DNA from: a virus
Lineage: Duplodnaviria > Heunggongvirae > Uroviricota > Caudoviricetes
Virus record (IMG/VR): IMGVR_UViG_2861069343_000002
Coordinates: 1 to 32,383 of that record
DNA: 32,383 nucleotides
Direction: 5' to 3' (one strand)
The notes under the pieces: model-generated
The model's database searches: none
Told to the model about the DNA's origin: nothing
The model's input: the letters and a program-made list of their open reading frames with translations, nothing else
Program-made: the position numbers and the translations under genes
Shown here: positions 18,121-26,366 of the stretch, piece by piece
Layout of the letters: the number at the start of each line of letters is the position of its first letter
Numbering within the stretch: position 1 is the stretch's first letter

Positions 18121-18269
18121 GGATCAGTAAGCGTAACTCTGGTAGGCTCACTCTGCTTTTGCGCTAAAGCAGTGGGCCGTGGTTCGCTTGTGACCAGTAA
18201 GCATGAGCGAATGGCTGGCAGGTGCTACCAACACCCACCAGCCGCCCATTTTCACAAATTAAAAGTCCT

Positions 18270-18464
18270 TCATTGCTGAAGGCGTCTGTAACAGCCGAAC
18301 TGGTAATCTGCCAGCCCCGCCATAACCAACTGGGTCAGTATTAACTGACAGCGTTCGCGTGAAAGATATGTGTTTTGTGCAATCTCCCCGACTGTTGCCG
18401 GTTCGATGCTTAATTCATTAAAAACAACTTTCGCCGTTTCTGTCATATCTTGCTGTTTTAGCAT
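18270..18464 (-). CDS. Hypothetical small protein, possible HTH
   Basis: 64 aa from ATG 18464 with SD AAGGA; segment TVGEIAQNTYLSRERCQL is HTH-like. Weak support. Confidence 0.3.
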   Translation of the reverse strand: MLKQQDMTETAKVVFNELSIEPATVGEIAQNTYLSRERCQLILTQLVMAGLADYQFGCYRRLQQ

Positions 18465-18586
18465 GTCTTTTTTCCTTCTGGTTAACATGACATACCAATA
18501 ACTCTTGTCTAAAAAGCCAGCAAGATAAAAAGTCAGTATTCACGACCACCAGCGTGTTTACCGTACTGCACCAGGTTTACAGGTAC

Positions 18587-18612
18587 AAAAAAACCCGCTC
18601 GACGGCGGGTTT
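18587..18612 (-). terminator. Strong minus-strand intrinsic terminator upstream of the plus-strand cassette
   Basis: Minus-strand AAACCCGC-CGTCGA-GCGGGTTT hairpin followed by TTTTTTT. Confidence 0.5.
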
Positions 18613-18657
18613 AAGTTGTGTGGCGAAGTAACCACTCTTAACACAATACAATACTTT

Positions 18658-18686
18658 TTGCGTACGCGTTATAGTTTTCTTACAAT
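18658..18686 (+). promoter_or_regulatory. Candidate sigma70 promoter of the DUF262-HEPN cassette
   Basis: TTGCGT (18658..18663), 17 nt spacer, TACAAT (18681..18686); SD AAGGAA then ATG at 18713. Confidence 0.3.
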
Positions 18687-18712
18687 CAACTTTCAATTAA
18701 AGGAACGAAAAC

Positions 18713-19873
18713 ATGACTACACTCAAAGAACTCAAAGAAGAGCTTGCTCAGATACAAGATGAACACGCTAAGAACAGAAAAAAGGCTGAAATTGCAGCTT
18801 TAACCGCTTCCGCTGACAATGAAATCAGACTCGCTCAGAGAAACATTGGATACAATGTACGTGAGTGGACCGTTGAAGTCATTATTCAAAAGTATGGTGA
18901 TAATATTGAAAATGACAAAAACGAGCTTTTTATTCCAGATTATCAACGTGATTACAAGTGGGATACAAAAACAGCCTCTCGCTTTATAGAAAGTATTCTA
19001 TTAGACTTTCCAATACCTTACCTTTACATTGCTGATGTATTTAATGAAGACCCTGAATTAGATGGTAGGGTAGAAATCATTGATGGTTCACAACGGATAC
19101 GCTCTATTTATTATTTTTGGAACGATCAATTTGAGTTAAAGGATTTGAAAGAGCTTAAAAGTTTAGAAGGTTTCAAATTTTCAGATCTTTTAGCTAGCCG
19201 CCAAAGAAGATTTTTAAGAGCTTCACTAAGATTTATTGAGTTGAAAGGTGATGTTGAGGAACAACATAGAAGAGATTTATTTGAAAGGATCAACTCAGGT
19301 GTTAAAAGATTAGAAGCGATGGAAGTGAGGCATGGCTCAGATGCTGCTACCTCAATGTTCTATAAAGATGTTGTGACCCCATGCTCAACAAACTCACTTT
19401 TTTCCCAACTAGCTCCATTATCAGACCGGAAACGGTCGAATGGCGATCATCGTGAGTTAGTTTTGAGATTTTTTGCATATTTAAATGATTTAGAAAACTA
19501 TAAGGGATTTGTCCGTCCCTTTATTGATAATTATTTAAATGAACAAGCAGCAGCTGTGACTACTCAACAAGATGTTGATAATTTTAAACATGATTTTGAA
19601 ATGATGCTTGCTTTTGTTGCTACCCATTTCCCTATTGGCTTTAAAAAGACCGCAACAAGTAAAACCACCCCACGAGCCAGATACGAAGCCATTGCCGTGG
19701 GAACTGCACTTGCATTAAAAACTAACCCACAACTCCAGAGTCCAGCCGTACCTGTAGGTGAATGGCTATTTGAAGAGGAATTTGAAACACTTGTTACTGC
19801 TGATAGTGCAAACAATACCAGCCAGCTAAAAAACAGAATCTTTTACGTTAAAAATAAGTTGTTAGGGATTTAA
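18713..19873 (+). CDS. DUF262 (ParB/Srx-like, GmrS-type N-terminal domain) protein
   Basis: 386 aa; hallmark motifs FIPDYQRDYKW and IIDGSQRIRSI (DGQQR variant); no DUF1524/HNH C-terminal domain evident; AT-rich. Confidence 0.75.
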   Translation: MTTLKELKEELAQIQDEHAKNRKKAEIAALTASADNEIRLAQRNIGYNVREWTVEVIIQKYGDNIENDKNELFIPDYQRDYKWDTKTASRFIESILLDFPIPYLYIADVFNEDPELDGRVEIIDGSQRIRSIYYFWNDQFELKDLKELKSLEGFKFSDLLASRQRRFLRASLRFIELKGDVEEQHRRDLFERINSGVKRLEAMEVRHGSDAATSMFYKDVVTPCSTNSLFSQLAPLSDRKRSNGDHRELVLRFFAYLNDLENYKGFVRPFIDNYLNEQAAAVTTQQDVDNFKHDFEMMLAFVATHFPIGFKKTATSKTTPRARYEAIAVGTALALKTNPQLQSPAVPVGEWLFEEEFETLVTADSANNTSQLKNRIFYVKNKLLGI

Positions 19874-19875
19874 AA

Positions 19876-20565
19876 ATGAGTCTAATTGATTTACGAGATG
19901 AATATGAAGAAAGAGCAAGAGACATTATGGAACTGCTTTCTCTTGCATCATCTATAGAGATTCATACTCAGCAGTTAGATCCGCAAGCGCATCAAGATGA
20001 AATAGAATCTAATATCCTAAGGGTAAATATTTTAAAATCATCCGTTCATATGATGCTATATAATCAAGTTGAAAATACTGCCAGAGGTTGCATCGAGTCA
20101 ATTTATGATCATTTACAAGATAATGAGGTGAATTACGCATCACTCAGGGAGAAGCTTCAAGTAAATATATTACATAGAATTGTTTCAGATAATGAAACAG
20201 GGCAATCCCTTTATAAAAAGATAGGCACTGACATTTCCAAAAGAATAATTTCAGCCTCATTGAATATTCGTAAAGAATTCAATGGTAATGTTTGCAAGCC
20301 TGTATTACACAAAATAACGCAGGCTTACGGAATAACTATCGCAAACTCACCTGAATGTAGAAATGGTATTGACTTAGACTTGCTTAAGGATATCAGAAAC
20401 GAACTCGCGCATGGAAGTACTAGCTTCTCTAAAAAGGGGCAAATTGACCCCTTAGAAGAAGTTAAGTCTAGAGCAGAGAGAGTTGATCTATATCTTCGTT
20501 TATTAATAAACTCAACTGAAGATTATATTATCTCTAACGGATATTTATCCCCTCAACATGCCTAA
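19876..20565 (+). CDS. HEPN-domain protein (Rx4H motif), putative RNase effector coupled to the DUF262 gene
   Basis: 229 aa; RNELAH matches HEPN R-x4-6-H; starts 2 nt after the DUF262 stop with SD AGGGA; 3' end overlaps convergent MTase gene by 32 nt. Confidence 0.65.
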   Translation: MSLIDLRDEYEERARDIMELLSLASSIEIHTQQLDPQAHQDEIESNILRVNILKSSVHMMLYNQVENTARGCIESIYDHLQDNEVNYASLREKLQVNILHRIVSDNETGQSLYKKIGTDISKRIISASLNIRKEFNGNVCKPVLHKITQAYGITIANSPECRNGIDLDLLKDIRNELAHGSTSFSKKGQIDPLEEVKSRAERVDLYLRLLINSTEDYIISNGYLSPQHA

Positions 20566-21574
20566 CAAACGTTCTCCCTATTACTTGGCCAATTATAGGG
20601 GGAACAGCATTACCAATCATCGTTCCTAACTTTTGGAATGAAAAAGGCGTATTTTTTCCAATAAATTTATAATCCATAGGAAAAGATTGTAAAATAGCAG
20701 CTTCACGCAAAGTTATTGCTCTATTTTGCTCAGGATGTCCGAATCGCCCATTACCATATCCATAACATTGGGTAGTTATTGTAGGACTAGTATCGTCCCA
20801 AACCATCCGTCCATAAACACTTTTATAGGTAGCACCTGAATGCTTTTTATGGCAATCCGCTCTAATTTCTTCAGGCCAATCATCCCACGTACCACCTGGT
20901 AAAGAGTGCAAGATTCGTTTAAGGTTAATATCCCTTAATTTAGGCGAACGATGCAATGGATCACTTTCGAGTTTCTCCCCTGCACCTATTTTTGGCAACT
21001 GACCAATAGCATCCTTTACTGTAACTTTACGGCTTACTTTTTTTTGATCAAGGCTGATTGGCCCCAATATGGACCCAATTAGAATTAATCTACGTCTATT
21101 TTGAGGCAAGCCATACTCGGAACATTTTACAACGTCGTACCACAGATGATACCCAAGAGTCTTTAATACACTAACAAACTCTTCAAAAACCTTATGATTT
21201 CTAAGTTGAGGAACATTTTCCATAGTCACAAGCTCTGGCATGACATCACTTACAATCCTCTGAAACTCAGATAAAAGACGCCACTTTGTATCATCTTTTC
21301 TGCTATTTGGATTACGATACTTGGAAAACGGTTGGCAAGGGGCACAGCCTGCAAGTAATCTAATATTTCCTTCCTTGAACATAGCAGACACATCGCTGGA
21401 TTGCAGTTCAGTAACTGACTGGTTAATGAACTTCGTTAAGGGATTATTGCTCTCAATAGCGAAACGGCAGGACTCATCAATATCAATGCCATGAGAAACT
21501 TCAATCCCGGCTTTTTTTAGCCCAAAAGTTAAGCCCCCTGCGCCACAAAAAATGTCTACTGCTTGAATGTTCAC
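20534..21574 (-). CDS. DNA cytosine-5 methyltransferase (Dcm-like), first gene of the late operon
   Basis: Motif I DIFCGAGG, motif IV GCAPCQPFS (catalytic PC), motif VI ENV, motif VIII QNRRR, motif X GNAV; GTG start at 21574 with SD GGAGAA. Confidence 0.85.
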   Translation of the reverse strand: MNIQAVDIFCGAGGLTFGLKKAGIEVSHGIDIDESCRFAIESNNPLTKFINQSVTELQSSDVSAMFKEGNIRLLAGCAPCQPFSKYRNPNSRKDDTKWRLLSEFQRIVSDVMPELVTMENVPQLRNHKVFEEFVSVLKTLGYHLWYDVVKCSEYGLPQNRRRLILIGSILGPISLDQKKVSRKVTVKDAIGQLPKIGAGEKLESDPLHRSPKLRDINLKRILHSLPGGTWDDWPEEIRADCHKKHSGATYKSVYGRMVWDDTSPTITTQCYGYGNGRFGHPEQNRAITLREAAILQSFPMDYKFIGKNTPFSFQKLGTMIGNAVPPIIGQVIGRTFVRHVEGINIR

Positions 21575-21600
21575 AAGATTCTCCGTTACTTTACCCTGGT

Positions 21601-21629
21601 ATTATATACACATAAAAGTTGGGAAAGTA
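21601..21629 (-). promoter_or_regulatory. Candidate late promoter (pR'-like) downstream of Q
   Basis: Minus-strand TATAAT (plus attata 21601..21606) in the 79-bp Q-to-MTase gap; -35 poor (TACTTT). Confidence 0.25.
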
Positions 21630-21653
21630 GAATGATTTTACATAGCACTTAAC

Positions 21654-22007
21654 TCATTGTATTAAATAAAAAAATGACAAGCATCCATCAATAAACCCCA
21701 TAGCTGTTTGCATATCTTTTCGAACTGTTCCGTCTGAACATTTCCGCTTCTTTGCAATTGTACGGAGCGAAATGCCAACAACAAAGTGAGCAATTATCAG
21801 CTCATACTCTGCCGGCTTGTATTTACGCAACCTAGCGACACAACCGTCTATTATGATGCCCTCATCATCATCGCACTGAATCCGGGACTTTCTGCCATGA
21901 GGTAAAAGCCGCTTGAAGCCAGCAGCTACCGGTTGCCAGTCCACACCACTGTTTTCTGCAGCAGCCCATGCCCCCCAGCGGTCCAAAACTTCATACATAT
22001 CACGCAT
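21654..22007 (-). CDS. Late gene antiterminator Q-family protein (Phage_antitermQ-like)
   Basis: LDRWGAWAA...W...AAGFKRL...SRIQCDDDEGIIIDGCVARL pattern matches small phage Q proteins as recalled; position before late operon; ATG 22007 with SD GGAGAAAG. Confidence 0.65.
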   Translation of the reverse strand: MRDMYEVLDRWGAWAAAENSGVDWQPVAAGFKRLLPHGRKSRIQCDDDEGIIIDGCVARLRKYKPAEYELIIAHFVVGISLRTIAKKRKCSDGTVRKDMQTAMGFIDGCLSFFYLIQ

Positions 22008-22024
22008 CAACTTTCTCCACAAAA

Positions 22025-23020
22025 TCAGGCCAGCACGCCAATTGCCAGCGCACGATCGATAAAACGAAATATCAGCTCCAGCTGGGAGCCATACATCTCT
22101 TCAAATGCCACGGTATCTGCATGCAGCTCGTCGTGATGCTTTCTGCACAAAGGCAACACAAAGAGGTCATGCGCTTTTGTACCCATTCCACCCTGACCGT
22201 GACCTATCAGGTGGTGGGGATCATCAGCAGGCTTTCCACAACATGCACACGGCTGTGTCTTAACCCAGCGCGTGTACTTTTCATTAACCCAGCGGCGACG
22301 TTTTGGGCGTAACATAAAAGACTCCGGCGACTCCGGATCCACTTTCAGCGCCAGCACCTTTTTCGCCTTATCCTGGATGATGCTGGTAGCAGGAACCGAA
22401 GGCACAAGGTCACTTTCCCGGGTGACAGACGGCACAACAGGCTTCGGTAATCTCAGTGCCTTACGGGCTGCACTTTCCGGTAAGGCATCCGCCAGGTCAT
22501 TACGAATCAGCCACCAGCACAGTTCCGGCATTGTCACAACGTGACTGTCATCAAAACCGAGATCCCGACGCACAACAGACAACACCCAGCGGGCACAGTT
22601 ATCCGTTGCCATTGATTCCAGCCGTTCCGTGAACTGATCACGCAGCTGGTTATCGCAGTGCCAGCACAGACGGATTGCACCCGGAGCGTGTCGCATTGTG
22701 GTCATGTTCTCGCTGTGCCAGTCGGAATGAGGCCACTGGCAGCCTTTTTCACGAAGTAACCAGCTTTCAAGACATTCCACGCCACCAGCACGACGGATCA
22801 CTGCCTCATTGCGGAACACGGCCCAAACGGCAGGATCATCCGCCAGCGGTTGTGACGCCGCGGGAACGGCACCACTGGCGAAAGATGAATAATGCTCCGG
22901 CTCAGGCTCCAGCAGGACACGCCCCTGCATAAACAGGGGCATCAGCTCTGAACCGGGCCTGAACAATACGATCCCCATACGCGGGGCAATTTCAGGGGTC
23001 AGTAGTGCTCTCACGGTCAC
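22025..23020 (-). CDS. DUF968 protein (YdfU-like) with C-terminal HNH-like zinc motif
   Basis: C-terminus QPCACCGKPADDPHHLIGHGQGGMGTKAHDLFVLPLCRKHHDELH; GTG start at 23020 (alternative ATG 22978). Confidence 0.65.
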   Translation of the reverse strand: MTVRALLTPEIAPRMGIVLFRPGSELMPLFMQGRVLLEPEPEHYSSFASGAVPAASQPLADDPAVWAVFRNEAVIRRAGGVECLESWLLREKGCQWPHSDWHSENMTTMRHAPGAIRLCWHCDNQLRDQFTERLESMATDNCARWVLSVVRRDLGFDDSHVVTMPELCWWLIRNDLADALPESAARKALRLPKPVVPSVTRESDLVPSVPATSIIQDKAKKVLALKVDPESPESFMLRPKRRRWVNEKYTRWVKTQPCACCGKPADDPHHLIGHGQGGMGTKAHDLFVLPLCRKHHDELHADTVAFEEMYGSQLELIFRFIDRALAIGVLA

Positions 23021-23021
23021 C

Positions 23022-23369
23022 TCAATGAACGGTATCGAGCAGCTTTAACAGCTCAGGGACCAGTTTTTCCGCCTGGCGAGTCAGGCACAAAATCACCCGG
23101 GAATCGTTAGTGCCGACATAGAAATTGCGCACAGGTCTGGTTTCACGAACTGGTTGTGGTTCCGGCTCCTGCGCTCTCTCAGTCAGGCGCGGGAAATGTC
23201 TGCGTGTATCCCCTTCACAACGGTGAGCCACACGCCCACTCTGACGTAACTTGCTTGCTGACTGCAGAACGCGCTGCCGTGAGTAACCTGCAAAAGCATC
23301 CGCAATGTCTCCGGAAGTACAGCCCGGATGGGCTTCAATGAATTTCTGAACTTCATTCAAAAGACTCAT
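23022..23369 (-). CDS. Hypothetical prophage protein
   Basis: 115 aa from ATG 23369 (SD GGGGGTGA); position between replication gene and DUF968. Confidence 0.4.
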   Translation of the reverse strand: MSLLNEVQKFIEAHPGCTSGDIADAFAGYSRQRVLQSASKLRQSGRVAHRCEGDTRRHFPRLTERAQEPEPQPVRETRPVRNFYVGTNDSRVILCLTRQAEKLVPELLKLLDTVH

Positions 23370-23371
23370 GC

Positions 23372-24313
23372 TCACCCCCTGAATCCTGCCGGGATCTGGC
23401 TGTAGTCCACGCTGTCGTAACTGGATTTGAAATACGGGTCTTCGCGTTTTTCTGTGTATGTGCTGATGGACGGCGATAAGCGCAGGGAAAGCTCATCCCA
23501 TTTTTCCCGCAGCTTCGACGGGCTGAGCACGTTACGGCACCAGAACGGATCGCGGCTGACGCGGCTGTACATCTCGCAGATTTGTTTGTGAGTACGACCA
23601 TCCTGCACACACATCAGGCGAATTTCGTTTGCCCAGGCTGTCCAGTTCGGTTCTTTGGGACGAACCACCTCGCCGTCACATTCGGCGGCCTGCTCGTACA
23701 GGGCAATGATTTTTTTCCAGAGCCACTGTGCGCAGGTCAAATCATCCTGCGTTCCCCACTGGCGCTTTTTAGGGCTGAATACAACCGCATCAGGATGGCG
23801 AGTTAAAAAATCCTGTTCAGCCGTCTGCGTGTCCGGTTGCGAAGCGTCCGGACGAGAAGGTTTTTTATCTGACGGATCATGTTTTGATTTTACTGACGGA
23901 TCCCCGCCAGATTCTGACGGGTGAAAACCCGCTTTTTTGCCAGATTTCGACGCATCAAATTTTGACGTGTCAGATTTTGATGCGTCAGATTTTGACGGGT
24001 CAGAATCTGACAGTTGAGAAAATGCCGCTGCCTGAAGCTTCGCAACGTTAAGCTGATAAACATTCGACGCATTGCGGTTACCCTGGCGACGCGCCTTACG
24101 CGTTAACCAGCCTTCTGCTTCCAGCCGTGCGATAGCCGTTCTGACGGTACTCATCCCCGCGCCAATCTGACGGGCAATAGTTTCAATTGATGGCCAGCAC
24201 ACACCTTCGTCATTACTGAAATCAGCCAGGCGGGCCATAATTGCCACGCTGGATAATTTCATGCCTGACGCAGCGCAACCATCCCATACATAGCCGGTTA
24301 ATTTAGTGCTCAT
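23372..24313 (-). CDS. Replication initiator (lambda O-like function) with winged-helix N-terminus and iterons inside the coding sequence
   Basis: N-terminal HTH/winged helix (SIETIARQIGAGMSTVRTAIARLEAEGWL); central SKSDASKSDTSKFDASKSG repeats encoded by tandem approximately 15-bp DNA repeats; SD AGAGGT before ATG 24313. Confidence 0.6.
   Translation of the reverse strand: MSTKLTGYVWDGCAASGMKLSSVAIMARLADFSNDEGVCWPSIETIARQIGAGMSTVRTAIARLEAEGWLTRKARRQGNRNASNVYQLNVAKLQAAAFSQLSDSDPSKSDASKSDTSKFDASKSGKKAGFHPSESGGDPSVKSKHDPSDKKPSRPDASQPDTQTAEQDFLTRHPDAVVFSPKKRQWGTQDDLTCAQWLWKKIIALYEQAAECDGEVVRPKEPNWTAWANEIRLMCVQDGRTHKQICEMYSRVSRDPFWCRNVLSPSKLREKWDELSLRLSPSISTYTEKREDPYFKSSYDSVDYSQIPAGFRG
23890..24013. 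repeat. Iteron array (putative phage replication origin) inside the initiator gene
   Basis: Tandem approximately 15-bp units (CAGATTTCGACGCAT, CAAATTTTGACGTGT, CAGATTTTGATGCGT, CAGATTTTGACGGGT, CAGAATCTGACAG) plus upstream CAGATTCTGACGGGT. Confidence 0.55.
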
Positions 24314-24661
24314 GACCGACCTCTATTTCCCTGAATTTACGACGAAACTGTTCGAGCGGGCTGAAGCACTCATGCTCATAGCCTTCACGGAGGTAGATAA
24401 CCCGTTGTGTTTCCGGCTCCCAACGAATGACTCTGACGGGCACTCCGTAGTGATCTTTGAACCAGCGGTTAACTTGTCGCAAAGGACTGTCTCCTTCTGC
24501 CGGTTGAAATCCCCCACAGCCCACTCAGCAAAGCTGTGGGTTACAATTTCCCTGTCACCTGGTACATTTACTGCATAGCAATACTCCACCTTCGCTTTTC
24601 CACCCGGTACAGGAAGCGCAATCAGTTGCGAGCGACGGTAGTGTGTTGTTAAACTGTTCAT
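24303..24661 (-). pseudogene. Small early gene split between two overlapping frames at a G5 tract (frameshift mutation or programmed frameshift)
   Basis: ORF 24661..~24500 (N-terminal part, ATGA-coupled to CII-like gene) and ORF 24524..24303 (C-terminal part, overlaps initiator start) overlap at GTGGGGGAT (plus-strand C5 at 24511..24515); one extra G would fuse them into a ~126 aa ORF. Confidence 0.3.
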
Positions 24662-25215
24662 GCGTTAGTTTCTCCACAACCAGAAGCAATCGACGCCACG
24701 ACGCCCGGAGCTGCACACTCGCGGGCGTCATTACTTTCTGAAACGCAAAAAATTTTGTAGACAAGTGCTGCATGCTCCTGCAGCTTCGAAATTGAGAGGT
24801 ACAGCTCGTCGTTAATTGCTGTCTTCTCATGCGGTTCCACTACACCGTCTTCGATTGCCGAACGAATCTGTTTTGAATAACTGCCGATCTGTTCAATGAC
24901 TTCCAGTAAACGCTGGTTAATATCGGCATTGTCCACATCCTCGACGTCAGGAAGAGACACAAAGACGCCATTTGCAGACTGCGCCACAGCGTCGGCAATG
25001 AAGTGAGTGCCACCAGCACGTTGTAAAATCATTGCCCATCCCAGCGGGAAAATCTGATCGCCATCGGCACGAAGGCGGTTAAATAATGCGTTCTCTGTTA
25101 CATCCAGCCACTCAGCAGCTTCAGCGTAACCCCCCGGCAACGCCGCGATAGTTTTTCTGACAGCTTTCACGTACCACTCAGGCTGTTTTTCCACTTTCCA
25201 GTGATGATTACCCAC
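24658..25215 (-). CDS. CII-like early regulatory protein (phage 186 CII-like), hypothetical
   Basis: 185 aa, GTG start with strong SD AGGAGGT; immediately downstream of cro-like gene; loose resemblance to 186-type CII. Confidence 0.4.
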   Translation of the reverse strand: MGNHHWKVEKQPEWYVKAVRKTIAALPGGYAEAAEWLDVTENALFNRLRADGDQIFPLGWAMILQRAGGTHFIADAVAQSANGVFVSLPDVEDVDNADINQRLLEVIEQIGSYSKQIRSAIEDGVVEPHEKTAINDELYLSISKLQEHAALVYKIFCVSESNDARECAAPGVVASIASGCGETNA

Positions 25216-25468
25216 GGCTTACCTCCTGTTCCTGTGGTTTAAACCCATTCTGGTTTTGGCTAGATTGAAAACGTGCCGGATAAAGAATCTGCATTTCGCT
25301 GATTTCACCCTTAAAAAAATTGGCCAGACGTTCTGCAAGATCGATAGATGGAATTTGTTCCAGTCTTTCAATACGACTCAGCGTCGCTGGATTGACCTGA
25401 ACGCCAGCAGCAACATGCTGCAAAGTAAATCCGTGCGCCTTACGCACATTCCGTAATGGTGATTGCAT
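25208..25468 (-). CDS. Cro-like HTH (XRE family) regulator
   Basis: 86 aa; HTH GFTLQHVAAGVQVNPATLSRIE; divergent from CI across operator region; SD GGAGG before ATG 25468. Confidence 0.7.
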   Translation of the reverse strand: MQSPLRNVRKAHGFTLQHVAAGVQVNPATLSRIERLEQIPSIDLAERLANFFKGEISEMQILYPARFQSSQNQNGFKPQEQEVSRG

Positions 25469-25565
25469 ATAACCTCCACATATTGCGTGATAAGCATATT
25501 ATTTCACGCAAATATTTTGCGCAAGTTGATTTGCTTAACGCGCAATAAAGAAATGTAATAAACGC
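25469..25565. promoter_or_regulatory. Immunity operator/promoter region (oR-like) with divergent promoters
   Basis: Repeated half-sites TTGCG/CGCAA (TTGCGTGA, TCACGCAA, TTGCGCAA, TTGCTTAACGCGCAA). Candidate pR on minus strand: TTGCGC-N17-TAATAT. Candidate pRM on plus strand: TTGCTT-N17-TGTAAT ending about 7 nt before the cI ATG (possibly leaderless). Confidence 0.55.
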
Positions 25566-26258
25566 ATGAACATAGGAAACCGAGTCAGACAACTTCGCCA
25601 GGCGAAGAACATGAAAATCGCCGATCTCGCTGAAGCAATAGGAGTGGATGCGGCGAATATCTCACGCCTGGAAACAGGTAAGCAGAAACAATTCACTGAA
25701 CAAGCCCTGAGTAATATTGCCAGGAGCTTAGGTGTTGATATTGCTGATCTCTTTACCTCAGACGTCAAAAGTAATACTGTATGTAAAAACAGTATTAGTG
25801 AGGATGTTGCGCAGGTGAAGGATGTATTCCGTATTGAAATGCTGGATGTCAGTGCCAGTGCGGGAAATGGCCTTATCCAGGGCGGTGATGTCATTGATGT
25901 GATTCATGCCATTGAATACAGAACTGATAATGCTGTATCGATGTTTGGCGGACGGCCAGCCAATCACATTAAAGTTATCAACGTTCGTGGGGACAGTATG
26001 TGTCCAACCATTGAGCCAGGAGATCTCATCTTCGTTGATGTCAGTATCAATCAGTTTGATGGAGATGGTATCTATGTATTTGGTTTTGATGATAAAATTT
26101 ATGTCAAACGACTGCAAATGATACCTGACAAACTACTGGTGATTTCTGATAACCAGATTTACCGTGAATGGGGAATTACCAGCGAAAATGAACACCGGTT
26201 TATGGTCTTTGGAAAGGTCTTAATCAGCCAGTCACAAACCCTTAAGCGACACAATTAA
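25566..26258 (+). CDS. CI-like repressor (N-terminal HTH plus C-terminal S24 LexA-like peptidase domain)
   Basis: HTH IADLAEAIGVDAANISRLETGK; C-terminal GDSMCPTI (Ser nucleophile) and VKRL (Lys); 230 aa. Confidence 0.85.
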   Translation: MNIGNRVRQLRQAKNMKIADLAEAIGVDAANISRLETGKQKQFTEQALSNIARSLGVDIADLFTSDVKSNTVCKNSISEDVAQVKDVFRIEMLDVSASAGNGLIQGGDVIDVIHAIEYRTDNAVSMFGGRPANHIKVINVRGDSMCPTIEPGDLIFVDVSINQFDGDGIYVFGFDDKIYVKRLQMIPDKLLVISDNQIYREWGITSENEHRFMVFGKVLISQSQTLKRHN

Positions 26259-26278
26259 CCCTTACCTCCTCATCAATT

Positions 26279-26303
26279 AGCCACCCAAAGGTGGCTTTTC
26301 ATT
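26279..26303 (+). terminator. Rho-independent terminator after cI
   Basis: AGCCACC-CAAA-GGTGGCT perfect hairpin followed by TTTTCATT. Confidence 0.6.
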
Positions 26304-26310
26304 ACCCTTT

Positions 26311-26366
26311 AAATTGCATATCTCGCAACAAAAACACTTGCATAATGCGCAACTTCATTTTATCTT
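26311..26366 (+). promoter_or_regulatory. Candidate oL/pL-like operator-promoter region
   Basis: Two 15-bp sites TTGCATATCTCGCAA (26314..26328) and TTGCATAATGCGCAA (26338..26352) with the same TTGC-N6-CGCAA pattern as 25531..25545; possible -35 TTGCAT / -10 TATCTT. Confidence 0.35.

Noticed and set aside
23890-24013. CRISPR array
   Set aside because: The tandem repeats are contiguous ~15-bp iterons without unique spacers and lie inside a coding sequence; no cas genes present. The stf repeats are likewise coding low-complexity sequence.
25758-26117. 119-aa minus-strand ORF inside the cI gene
   Set aside because: Antisense to the well-supported repressor gene; no independent start signals.
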